Below the pieces are notes generated by a model, which did not search any database, had not been told where the DNA came from, and saw nothing but the letters and a program-made list of their open reading frames with translations. Shown piece after piece: positions 1-8,412 of a stretch of 36,515 nucleotides of DNA; within the stretch, counting starts at the first letter, position 1; every line of letters starts with the position of its first letter. Source of the DNA: a virus. A program made the translations under genes and the position numbers. The stretch is from the UHGV virus genome UHGV-0074145, one strand, 5' to 3'.

Positions 1-3000
1 GCATATTCGTTTTCGATATACCGCTTCAGCTCCTCCTGCTCCCGCTCGTTGGCGATCAGCTCGGACGGCTTCGTCCCGTATTTTGCGATGTCCACAATGG
101 GGTTCTGAATCTGCACACCGAGCTTGTCCAGCGCATAGGTCTCCTTGTGTCCGTACTGGCTGTTGTAGCTGCTCTCCGTCAGTTCCTTCGCATTTTCAAA
201 GAGAAAATCCGTGAAGTCCTGCACATCCAGCTGCTTGCTTCCCGCGCGGATGATCTTCGTCATGGCAGCGTTGTCGGTCTCCCAGGCGCCGTTCTCGCCG
301 CGCACCTGCGCGGTCAGTCTTGTGATGGTCTCGGCGCGCACCTTTTTCTTTTCCAGCACATCGGCAATGTCGGCGAGCAGTGCGCCGGTGCGAATCGCCG
401 CGTCCGCGGACGGCACTTTTTCCGCCGTAATCAGCCGCGCCGCCTCTTTCGCCGCGGCGGTCTTTCGGTCTTCGGCAAACTCGGCTGCCGTCGGCCGCAG
501 GCCGCGGTGCAGGTTTGCTGCCGTCTGCCGCACGCGCGCCGCGTCGGCGTCGGCCGGCAGCTTTGCGCTGTCCAACAGGCGGCGGCGCGAGGCTTTCACC
601 TCTTCCGGCGCAAGCCCGAGCAGCTGCTCGTCCACGGTGCCGAGCTTGTATCCGGCGCGCAGCTCGCGGGTGTCGGCAATGTCCGGGACGTGCGCGTCGA
701 GCCATGCGCTGTCGTAGGTCCACACGCCGAGCGCGTCCCGATACAACCCGGTCAGCTCACGGATCGCCGCATCGCTTTCGCCGCTCGTCGCCATGCGCAG
801 CGCGATCTCTCGCGGCGACGCGCCGGTCTCACGCAGTGTGCGCCAGAGATCCGCGCCGCCCTTCAGCAGCTTGATCGCACTTTCCACCGGTGCAAACCGC
901 TTGTCCGCGTCCGACACCTCGGCGTCGGTGTCCGTCTGCTCACCGCCGACCGAGAAGCGGATGTCAGGATCTGCTTCAGTATCATCTCCGTACTTCGCAA
1001 GAAATTCTTCGTTGGACGACGCCTGCGTGTATACAATTTCCGCCGGAATATTCCGCCGAATTAAGTCCTTGTCAAACACGATCGCGCCGTCGCTCGTCTT
1101 CACACCACCGATTTTGTTCGGCTCTGTCACATGGTTATAGAACCACTCTGTCAGTTCTTCATTGTCCCATGCATATGCACTATCTACAATATCCGACGGA
1201 TTGAACATGTCCGCAAAGTCTTCGTCGCTCAATTCGGCATAGTCTTCCAAAATCCATGGCGTGTATTCGTCCGTCTCATGCCGTGCTTCTGCGATTTTTT
1301 CAGACAGTTCCCAAACCGGAACAAGGTCATCCTCTCGCACGGAGAAAGCGCGTGGCTTATCTCCGCCGTAGGCGTCGCCGTTTTGTTCGTGGTCATCCGC
1401 AAACATAGCATATCCGGCGCGAGACATCGGGTCGTCGCTTGCGTAAAATCTGTAGGAAAGCCCCTGCTGCTTTTCAAGCAGATCGTTTGCTTCGAGCCAT
1501 GTCATTTTTTCTTTTGTTTTGTCAATGTTCGCGTCGTCCAGTTTCATGATGCCTTCGCTGTCCGTCTGCCGCGCCTCCATGGTAAACATCGGGTGCTCGT
1601 TCGAGAACCGCACATTCGTGCGGTCAATGTCCGGGCGCGTCTCCGCGCGCTGCTTTGCCGATAGGCCGAGGCGATTGGCAACGTCCACCGCCTCAATCTC
1701 GCCCGCCGTGTTCCGGTAGGCGCGCTCCGCATCCTGCTCTCGCTCTGCCCGCAGGTCACGGAGGCGGTTGTAGAGGTCGACATATTCGCGGACAGGTGCC
1801 TCGCCGTAGTGTTTCTCCAACGCCATTTGTGCCGCATCCCGTTCGGCTGTCGGCGTCCCCTCGAGCTGCTTGCGCATGTCCGCCTCAAAGAAAATGTCCG
1901 GGGCGGCAAAGTCCCGCAAGCGGAGTTCGAGCTGTTTTTCCTCGGCGGTCTTCAGGCTGCCGCGCCAGTAGTCCGTGGTCGCACCAGCTGTAAAGCCTTC
2001 GATCAGCTGGATCGCGTGCTGGATCTCATGAATCAGCGCGGCGCGTTTTTCCGCACGACTCAGCCGCGGGTCGAGCGTGATACGGTTCAAACCCGGATAA
2101 AAGGCAGCCTCGACGTCATCCGAAATGCCGAAGTTCAGCACGGTGTAGTCGCGCAGCTCCGGGTAGGCGGCAAAGAGCGCGTCGTGCCGGATCAGCTCAT
2201 CCAGCTTCCATGTGCGCCGCGATTCCTCGCGGTGGTTGATGAAGCGCATCTTGCTGTCGTCGATCTCAAAGCGCCACTTGCCGTCGTAGCCGCGATACCA
2301 GCCGGTCTGGCGGCGCACCGTCTCGCTGTCCGCGCCCCCTTGTTCCATGCGCTCCGCATCCGCCAGCCGCCCGACATCTGCCGTCTTTGCTTTGATGCCG
2401 CCGACTGAAAAACCGCCGATGCCTGCATCATTTTTTGAATTTTGCGTATACTTGCTATTGACACCGCTGTTCTTTTGTGATACAGTTGTGTCAGCATCGA
2501 TGATGGTTTGAACCAGTTTGGGCAATTGCAGCCCTCTACTCGTAAACCACATCGGTGCTTTTTTTGTGCTTGCATCTAACAGATTCCCGAGCCGGATCTG
2601 ATTGTTTACATAGTTCTCAATCAAATTCACGCCATAATCGTTTGAACGACTGTGCAAGCTTGCAATCTTGTTAATGACTGTTCTGCTCATGCGTCGGTTG
2701 ATGTGAATCGCTACAACAACATCGTGACCGGCTTTCGTCTCCATTTCCGTCAAAGCGACAAAGCTGTCCGGGACGCTTCCCTTGAACAGGAGAATCGGAT
2801 CGTTCAGCTGTTCCGGCAGTTTTTTGATTTCATCCAGCGAAATAGAGTGTTTGCCGCCGGTGATTTTGACGAGGCAGTCCTCGTACATGATAACCGGAAC
2901 CTGCTTTGCGCCGTGCTTGACCAGCACGGACGGCGTTGTGCCGAGGTTGAAGTATGTTCCGTTGTAGCTGCCATACTTCTTTCCGAGACCGTCCTTCCAG

Positions 3001-6000
3001 TCGTCAAGCTGTTTTTCGAAAGCAGCTTGTTCAAGGTCGAACGAAACCGCCGTTTTTTCCGCAACCTCCTCGCTCCGAATCACCTCTGCAAGGATGTCCC
3101 GCCCGCGCTCGAGCACCCGCAGCTGCTCTGCATCGGCATCACCGATGTGCAGAGCGGCTTTTATTTTTTCAATCAGCCCGCGCAGCGTATCCAGCAGACG
3201 GCGGGCAAAGGACTTGCCCTCACGGCGGACAACCTCGCGCATGACCTGCTCGTCGGTCAGCAGCCGCGTCTCGACGAACTCGGCAACGATCTCGCGGTCA
3301 ACCTGCCCGTCGTCAAGCCCGGCATAGAGCGCATGTTCGGCGCGCTTCGCCGCGCGAAGATCTTCCGCCGTCGCGCCCTCTCCGGCAAGCGCGTCGAATA
3401 CAAAATCGCGCAGCTTGTCGTATAGCCCCTTGCCCTCCAGCAGGTGCGTGTATTCATGCGCCACCGTGGCGAGAACGCTTCGCTCGGTCTTCGCACCGAG
3501 GTAGATCACCCCGTCAATGGTGCAGCCGTGGAAATCTTCGTCCGCGTCGATGAACAGGATTTCCCTGCCGAGCACCTGCGAGAGCCGCTTTGCCGTCGCG
3601 CCTTCCTCGGCGGAAACGCCGTGTTCAAACGCACTGCGCTCGGCCGCGTTCAGATAGGTGTCCGCTTTGGCATCGCGCCGCCCCGCTTCGTAGATGCGCC
3701 GCGCATCCGCCTCGCCGATCGCCGCATTGTCCAAAAAGTCAAAGGCGTTTCCCTGATAACCCTGCCTGTAATATGCGCCGAAGTTGGCGTTGTAAAGCTC
3801 GGACGGCGAGAGCAGGGAGTCCCCTGCAAATCCGCGCAGCTTGTATTCGGCAACGCCTGCGTCATAGCCTGCATCATAGGCAGCCTGCCCGGCGGTGCCG
3901 ACCGCAGCACGCATCTTTTCGCGCGTGTCTGCGGTCTTCAGCGCCGTCATACGCGCATCGGCGCGTGCGTCGCGCAGCTTCTCCGTCGCAAAGGTCTGCA
4001 TGGCTTTCAGCTGTTTGCGCTTTTCGGCGAGTGTGCCGGTCAGCTTCTCGCCGGTCAGCGCCTCAAAGGCATTCGCAAGCGATTGGGATTTTGCGATTTC
4101 GTCCGCGCGGCCGTTGGTCAGCTCGCCGGAAAGCATGTTGCCGAGGTCCGTGTCCGCCTGCGTCTTCGCCCGTTCCGCCGCCGCCTCGCGCGCCACGCGC
4201 GCCGCATATGCCGCCCGGAACTCCGCCTCTGAGATCGTCTCGTCCAGGCTACGATCGGAGAAATCGGGCGTTTCGGTGCGCGGTTCGCTCTGCTGCGCAG
4301 CTGTATTCGTTTCAGCGGAAACGGCTTGTTCCTCTTCGCTTTCCGTCTGTGCCTTGACTTCGTTGTAATTCCCCTGCGTCTCCGCAACGAGCATGCGGTA
4401 GAGCTGCCCCGCCTCCGCCTGACTCATCGTGCGCTTGTCTTCCAAAGTTCCGGCATAGGCACGAATTTCCTCGTTTCCGCTGGCAAGTCCCTCTCCGATC
4501 AGCGCATTCCGATTTTCTGCGTTGATCCTGCCGTTTTCATCCGTGAAATAAGCGCCTGCCGCGCGGTTTGCGTCCCGATTCCCGAAGTAGCCCCACGTCG
4601 TGCCGATACCGCCCATGAAGAAGCCCTGCACAGCACCGCCGAATGCAGCCATGCCGACCTGTTTTATCATGTCCTGCTTGGCGAGGCGTTCGGCTTTTTT
4701 TTCGCTTTTCCCGGCCGCCAAATACGATTGGTATGCCTTCGCATAGACGGAATAATCGCCGTTGATGATCGTGTCCGCCAGAATGTTTGCAATTTCGGTT
4801 GCTCCTTCTTCCGACGCGTTGACGACGGTGGATTTGACAATGTTCAGCGCCACATCGCGCAAGGTCGCAGGCGGAACTTCCTTCAGCTTGTTGAAGTTGC
4901 CGATGGAGACCCGCTCAAACAACGTCTCGAAGATACCGGCGCAGATACCGGTCATCAGTGCCTGCTCGTCCGATACGCCGCTTTCCTTGGCGTCCACGAT
5001 TGCGGAGGCAAAGGCGCTGCCGCCGATGGCTGCCGCACCGCCAACATTGCCGAGCACAGAGGCAACCACGCTGTCCGCCGTGGACATCAGCGTCTGATAG
5101 GCAAAAGAGCCGACCTTGCCGCCGAAGCCGTTGCCCTCTTCAATGCGTTCGGCGATCGTCCCGCGGATGTCGTTTGTCGCGCGCACCGGCGCGTATGCTG
5201 CGTCGTTTATGTTCATCGGCGCCTTGTAGCCCTCGCCGCGGAATGCATTGCCGACAACTCTGCCGATTTCCGCGCCGCCTACGGTAACACCCGAGGCGAG
5301 ATTGGAAACAACGGAGATTGCAGAGGCAAGCGTGGGGTATTGCAATGCAAACGCAGCCGTCTGCACGTTTCCGCCCGCAGCGATCATGGCATCTGCCGAC
5401 TGTTCCAGCGTCGTTGTCATGCGGTGGATGTCGGCATCGGATACGCCGGATTCTTTCAGTCTACGAATTACGGCGTTATAATCTGCTTTGATTTGCTTGT
5501 ATTCGTCCTCTGTAAGCACCCGGTATTTTCCCGTAGAAAAATCGAAAGTCTGCGGAATGGAAGTATTCATACCGGCGGCACTGTTCCCGCGCATTACCCG
5601 CACACCGGAAAGGATTGCAGCACGATCTTCTTCCGGCAGCGTTGCCAGCGTTTTTGCGCCGCGCAGCGCATACAGATTTGCATCGGCGGTGTTCTTCTGT
5701 GCGGTCGCGGACTTTTTCGCATTGCCCGCCGCCTGCGCCAGCTCGATATAGCGGCTGTCTTCGCCGAAATATTGCTCGGAGACACCGTTTGCACGCAGCT
5801 CGTCCTCATATTCGCGCAGCGCCCTCTCCGCGTCTTCCACGGTCATCTGTGCTGATTCTGCGGCGGCAAGTTCTGCTTCTGCGTTTTTGATTTTTTCATC
5901 AATCGTGCGCAGCTCCGGCGAGGAAAAGCGCGTCTGCTCTGTATCGACGGTTTGCTTTGCCGCCCGCTCACGCCTTTGCAGCACCGTCTTGTTCTTGCTG

Positions 6001-6695
6001 TCCTTGGCCTCTTTTTTCAGTTCCGCGATCCGTGCGTCGTAGGCAGCGTTCTCGTCTGCATACTGCTGTGCCAGCTCCCGCAGCTGCCGGTCTGCGTCGG
6101 CGTCCTTGCCGCCGATAGATCTCTGCACAAGCTCTCCCGCTTCGGGAAAACGTGCATTGAAGTCGGTGTCCCGCCGGGCCTGCACGTTGGCAAGCTCTTT
6201 TTCCACATCGTCATACGGGCGGAACTTCGGGTAGTCCACACCGGACACATAGTCATCGTTGTATTTCGGATTGCCCTCACGGCGGGTCTCTTTGACCTTG
6301 GTGTTTTTCTTCTTCGGCATACTGCCGTCGCGCAGCGCCTTGGAAAGACCGCCGTAGCCCATCGGCTGCATAGTCGCCTGCACGGCGGCATCCTTTGCGG
6401 CGGCGTCCTGCCGTTCGATTTCCGCGACGGCATCGGCATAGGCGTTGATACCGTCGCGCTCCGCCTGCACATACGGCGCATTGTCCAGCAGCTTTTTTGC
6501 CGCTGCAGCATTGCCGTCCCGCTTTGCAAGGATCAGCGCCGGCGCTATGGGATTGTTCGCGGCGCTGTCACCATCCAGCGATTGCGAGGCATCTTCTTCC
6601 CAGTTTCTTGCTTGATAAGTTTGTGCCGCCTTCTGAAACATGCCGCTGTACATATCATTTTTCTTTTTGTAGGTTTCTGCTGCTTTTTCAAACAT
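1..6695 (-). CDS. Giant virion-associated polyvalent protein, N-terminal ~2232 codons (continues across the window junction)
   Basis: Hand translation from ATG 6695 (AAAGGAGG RBS; MFEKAAETYKKK...) is open to position 1. It contains an HEYTH metallopeptidase motif (3444-3458), a MuF-C-like domain (~2500-2960), an LPD23-like TGWYRGYDGKWRFEIDDS, an HEIQH...AGEIEA metallopeptidase (2016-2030) and an ART-like domain (~1050-1460). Absent from the ORF track because no stop lies within this end. Confidence 0.9.
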   Translation of the reverse strand, partial: MFEKAAETYKKKNDMYSGMFQKAAQTYQARNWEEDASQSLDGDSAANNPIAPALILAKRDGNAAAAKKLLDNAPYVQAERDGINAYADAVAEIERQDAAAKDAAVQATMQPMGYGGLSKALRDGSMPKKKNTKVKETRREGNPKYNDDYVSGVDYPKFRPYDDVEKELANVQARRDTDFNARFPEAGELVQRSIGGKDADADRQLRELAQQYADENAAYDARIAELKKEAKDSKNKTVLQRRERAAKQTVDTEQTRFSSPELRTIDEKIKNAEAELAAAESAQMTVEDAERALREYEDELRANGVSEQYFGEDSRYIELAQAAGNAKKSATAQKNTADANLYALRGAKTLATLPEEDRAAILSGVRVMRGNSAAGMNTSIPQTFDFSTGKYRVLTEDEYKQIKADYNAVIRRLKESGVSDADIHRMTTTLEQSADAMIAAGGNVQTAAFALQYPTLASAISVVSNLASGVTVGGAEIGRVVGNAFRGEGYKAPMNINDAAYAPVRATNDIRGTIAERIEEGNGFGGKVGSFAYQTLMSTADSVVASVLGNVGGAAAIGGSAFASAIVDAKESGVSDEQALMTGICAGIFETLFERVSIGNFNKLKEVPPATLRDVALNIVKSTVVNASEEGATEIANILADTIINGDYSVYAKAYQSYLAAGKSEKKAERLAKQDMIKQVGMAAFGGAVQGFFMGGIGTTWGYFGNRDANRAAGAYFTDENGRINAENRNALIGEGLASGNEEIRAYAGTLEDKRTMSQAEAGQLYRMLVAETQGNYNEVKAQTESEEEQAVSAETNTAAQQSEPRTETPDFSDRSLDETISEAEFRAAYAARVAREAAAERAKTQADTDLGNMLSGELTNGRADEIAKSQSLANAFEALTGEKLTGTLAEKRKQLKAMQTFATEKLRDARADARMTALKTADTREKMRAAVGTAGQAAYDAGYDAGVAEYKLRGFAGDSLLSPSELYNANFGAYYRQGYQGNAFDFLDNAAIGEADARRIYEAGRRDAKADTYLNAAERSAFEHGVSAEEGATAKRLSQVLGREILFIDADEDFHGCTIDGVIYLGAKTERSVLATVAHEYTHLLEGKGLYDKLRDFVFDALAGEGATAEDLRAAKRAEHALYAGLDDGQVDREIVAEFVETRLLTDEQVMREVVRREGKSFARRLLDTLRGLIEKIKAALHIGDADAEQLRVLERGRDILAEVIRSEEVAEKTAVSFDLEQAAFEKQLDDWKDGLGKKYGSYNGTYFNLGTTPSVLVKHGAKQVPVIMYEDCLVKITGGKHSISLDEIKKLPEQLNDPILLFKGSVPDSFVALTEMETKAGHDVVVAIHINRRMSRTVINKIASLHSRSNDYGVNLIENYVNNQIRLGNLLDASTKKAPMWFTSRGLQLPKLVQTIIDADTTVSQKNSGVNSKYTQNSKNDAGIGGFSVGGIKAKTADVGRLADAERMEQGGADSETVRRQTGWYRGYDGKWRFEIDDSKMRFINHREESRRTWKLDELIRHDALFAAYPELRDYTVLNFGISDDVEAAFYPGLNRITLDPRLSRAEKRAALIHEIQHAIQLIEGFTAGATTDYWRGSLKTAEEKQLELRLRDFAAPDIFFEADMRKQLEGTPTAERDAAQMALEKHYGEAPVREYVDLYNRLRDLRAEREQDAERAYRNTAGEIEAVDVANRLGLSAKQRAETRPDIDRTNVRFSNEHPMFTMEARQTDSEGIMKLDDANIDKTKEKMTWLEANDLLEKQQGLSYRFYASDDPMSRAGYAMFADDHEQNGDAYGGDKPRAFSVREDDLVPVWELSEKIAEARHETDEYTPWILEDYAELSDEDFADMFNPSDIVDSAYAWDNEELTEWFYNHVTEPNKIGGVKTSDGAIVFDKDLIRRNIPAEIVYTQASSNEEFLAKYGDDTEADPDIRFSVGGEQTDTDAEVSDADKRFAPVESAIKLLKGGADLWRTLRETGASPREIALRMATSGESDAAIRELTGLYRDALGVWTYDSAWLDAHVPDIADTRELRAGYKLGTVDEQLLGLAPEEVKASRRRLLDSAKLPADADAARVRQTAANLHRGLRPTAAEFAEDRKTAAAKEAARLITAEKVPSADAAIRTGALLADIADVLEKKKVRAETITRLTAQVRGENGAWETDNAAMTKIIRAGSKQLDVQDFTDFLFENAKELTESSYNSQYGHKETYALDKLGVQIQNPIVDIAKYGTKPSELIANEREQEELKRYIENEY
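2458..2486 (+). promoter_or_regulatory. Sigma70/A promoter antisense within the giant gene
   Basis: TTGACA (2458-63), 17-bp spacer, TGn-TACAGT extended -10 (2481-86). Confidence 0.75.
2493..2565 (+). ncRNA. Predicted ~73-nt antisense small RNA with intrinsic terminator
   Basis: Begins 7 nt after the -10. AGCATCGATG/CATCGGTGCT plus TGGTTTG/TAAACCA form a closing stem, GGGC-AATTGCA-GCCC forms an inner hairpin, and it ends in T7. Confidence 0.6.
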
Positions 6696-6716
6696 ACATG
6701 TTCCTCCTTTGCCCGG

Positions 6717-8036
6717 TTATGCACGCATGTCGGCAGGTGCGGATATACCGTACTTTTCCGCGATGCTTTCAGCCACACTTGGGTCAAGTCCGTTCTCGAC
6801 AAGCTTGTACAGGTACATATATGCCGCTTCCTTGCCGCTTGTGATGTTCTTGCCGTCCACACCGAGCGAAGCTGCCGCCGATGTGCCGCCTTTTATAAGA
6901 TACTCCACGACGTTTGAGATCGTTTTCTCTTTCTTATTGTCCGGTTTGGGTTCGTCCTCCTTTTTCATTTCTCCGCCCGCTTCTTTCATGTCGTCGAGTT
7001 CCGCAAGATAATTCTCGGCGATGGTCGTTGCCGCCGTCGAGCTGTAGCCGTTCGAAAGAAGCAGCGCATACGCCTGATTAAAGGTCTCCGCCCCCGCTGC
7101 ATAAAGGGCCGCGGACGGGTCGGTCTGAAAATCTGCCGAAACCGCTTTTGCAGAGCTGCCCGCCCCGCCGGTATTTTTCTGTGTCGCACTTCCCGCAAAC
7201 TTAGAATCATACTGACGCGTGTCGATGCCAAGTGCCCGCAGCTGCGAGGTATCGCCGTATTTTGCAGCGGTTTCCGCATCGGCAAGCAGCTGCTCGTAGG
7301 TGGTGCGCTCTTTCTGCGCAGTCGCTTCGGCAGCAGCAGCGGCGGCGGCCTCCGCATCCGCCTTTTCCTTTTCCCGCAGCGCCGTCATGTCAATGCCCAT
7401 CTGCTCGTAGAGCGAATAGTCGCCGACCGATGCGGCAAGCTGCGCCTTTTCCAGCCTGCGCTGATAGTCCTGTTGCTCGGCGGTCAGCGCGCGCTGGCGC
7501 TCGGTCTCCGCAAGCTCCAGCTCCTTGTCGGCAAGCAGCTTGGAGTAGTCCGCCCCGGCGGCGGTTGCCGCCATCGCCGCTGAGGACGAGCCGTAGCCGC
7601 CGGTCAGTGCTGCAACCTTGCCCAGCGCGTCTTCCTGCGCTTTTTTCTGTGCCGCCTCCAGCGTCGCGCGGTAATTCTCAAATGCAGCACCGGCGGAATT
7701 TGCAGGATTGTCGCTTGAGGACTTCCGCGATGCCGGGTTGCCGATGCGAAGTGCACCGGCGCCTGTCGCTTTGCCGCCGAGCATATCATTTGTCACGTCG
7801 CGGCTGCCGTCGTCCGACAGCTGATACCCCTGTGATGCGCGGATCGCTTTAGCCTCCGCGGCATACAGGCCTCGTTCCGCGTCGGACTTTGCATACATCC
7901 AACCGATTTTACTGTCAACAATCCTGTTCAACAGCTCAGGATTTTTCCCGCCGAGCACGAGATCCCGCGCATGCACTTTTCCCTCGAGTCCGTTGTCTTT
8001 GATTTTTTTCTGAATATCCTGCATAGTTACGCTCAT
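6717..8036 (-). CDS. Putative internal virion/ejection protein (Ala-rich, coiled coil)
   Basis: 439-aa ORF with AGGAG RBS, positioned between the nozzle gene and the giant gene. Confidence 0.65.
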   Translation of the reverse strand: MSVTMQDIQKKIKDNGLEGKVHARDLVLGGKNPELLNRIVDSKIGWMYAKSDAERGLYAAEAKAIRASQGYQLSDDGSRDVTNDMLGGKATGAGALRIGNPASRKSSSDNPANSAGAAFENYRATLEAAQKKAQEDALGKVAALTGGYGSSSAAMAATAAGADYSKLLADKELELAETERQRALTAEQQDYQRRLEKAQLAASVGDYSLYEQMGIDMTALREKEKADAEAAAAAAAEATAQKERTTYEQLLADAETAAKYGDTSQLRALGIDTRQYDSKFAGSATQKNTGGAGSSAKAVSADFQTDPSAALYAAGAETFNQAYALLLSNGYSSTAATTIAENYLAELDDMKEAGGEMKKEDEPKPDNKKEKTISNVVEYLIKGGTSAAASLGVDGKNITSGKEAAYMYLYKLVENGLDPSVAESIAEKYGISAPADMRA

Positions 8037-8046
8037 GTTATATCTC

Positions 8047-8412
8047 CTATAAAATCACGATCAGCGCGTCCAGCGTACCCGAGGCGGAGAAGGTCATAAC
8101 TCCCGCCGCCAGCGTTGCGCTGAGCGAAGCCGCCGTCGCATTGTCGCCGCCGCGGGCGGCAATTTTGTTTTCGTACCGGACGGCAAGCGCCGGCACGCCG
8201 CCGATCACGGCAATGTAGATGCGTCCGCCGAGAATGTCGTCGCCGACCGCTGCTGTGCCGGTCGCCGCGCTTCCCGTGTATGCCGTGCCGGTCGCCCGGG
8301 TCGCGCGCTCGGTGTTCAGCTGCTCCACCAGTACGCCCACGCCGTCATACAGCGCCTGTACCTGCATCGGCAGGTCCTGTCCGGTTTGATTGATGGGTTT
8401 TTCAAAAATCAT
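8047..8412 (-). CDS. Hypothetical virion protein
   Basis: 121-aa ORF, ATGA overlap with the upstream gene. Confidence 0.75.
   Translation of the reverse strand: MIFEKPINQTGQDLPMQVQALYDGVGVLVEQLNTERATRATGTAYTGSAATGTAAVGDDILGGRIYIAVIGGVPALAVRYENKIAARGGDNATAASLSATLAAGVMTFSASGTLDALIVIL

Noticed and set aside
1036..1075. CGGAATATTCCG palindrome and a nearby minus-strand TTGACA-17-AATATT
   Set aside because: Short, within coding sequence, weak -10; compatible with chance
1495..1525. Sense-strand TTGACA with an A-rich spacer before the ART-like domain
   Set aside because: No acceptable -10 at 16-18 bp; at most a decayed promoter
147..6917. Long + strand ORFs (147-1064, 2652-3425, 4326-5855, 5952-6917 and others)
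   Set aside because: Antisense shadows of the GC-rich giant gene; no RBS and non-protein-like composition
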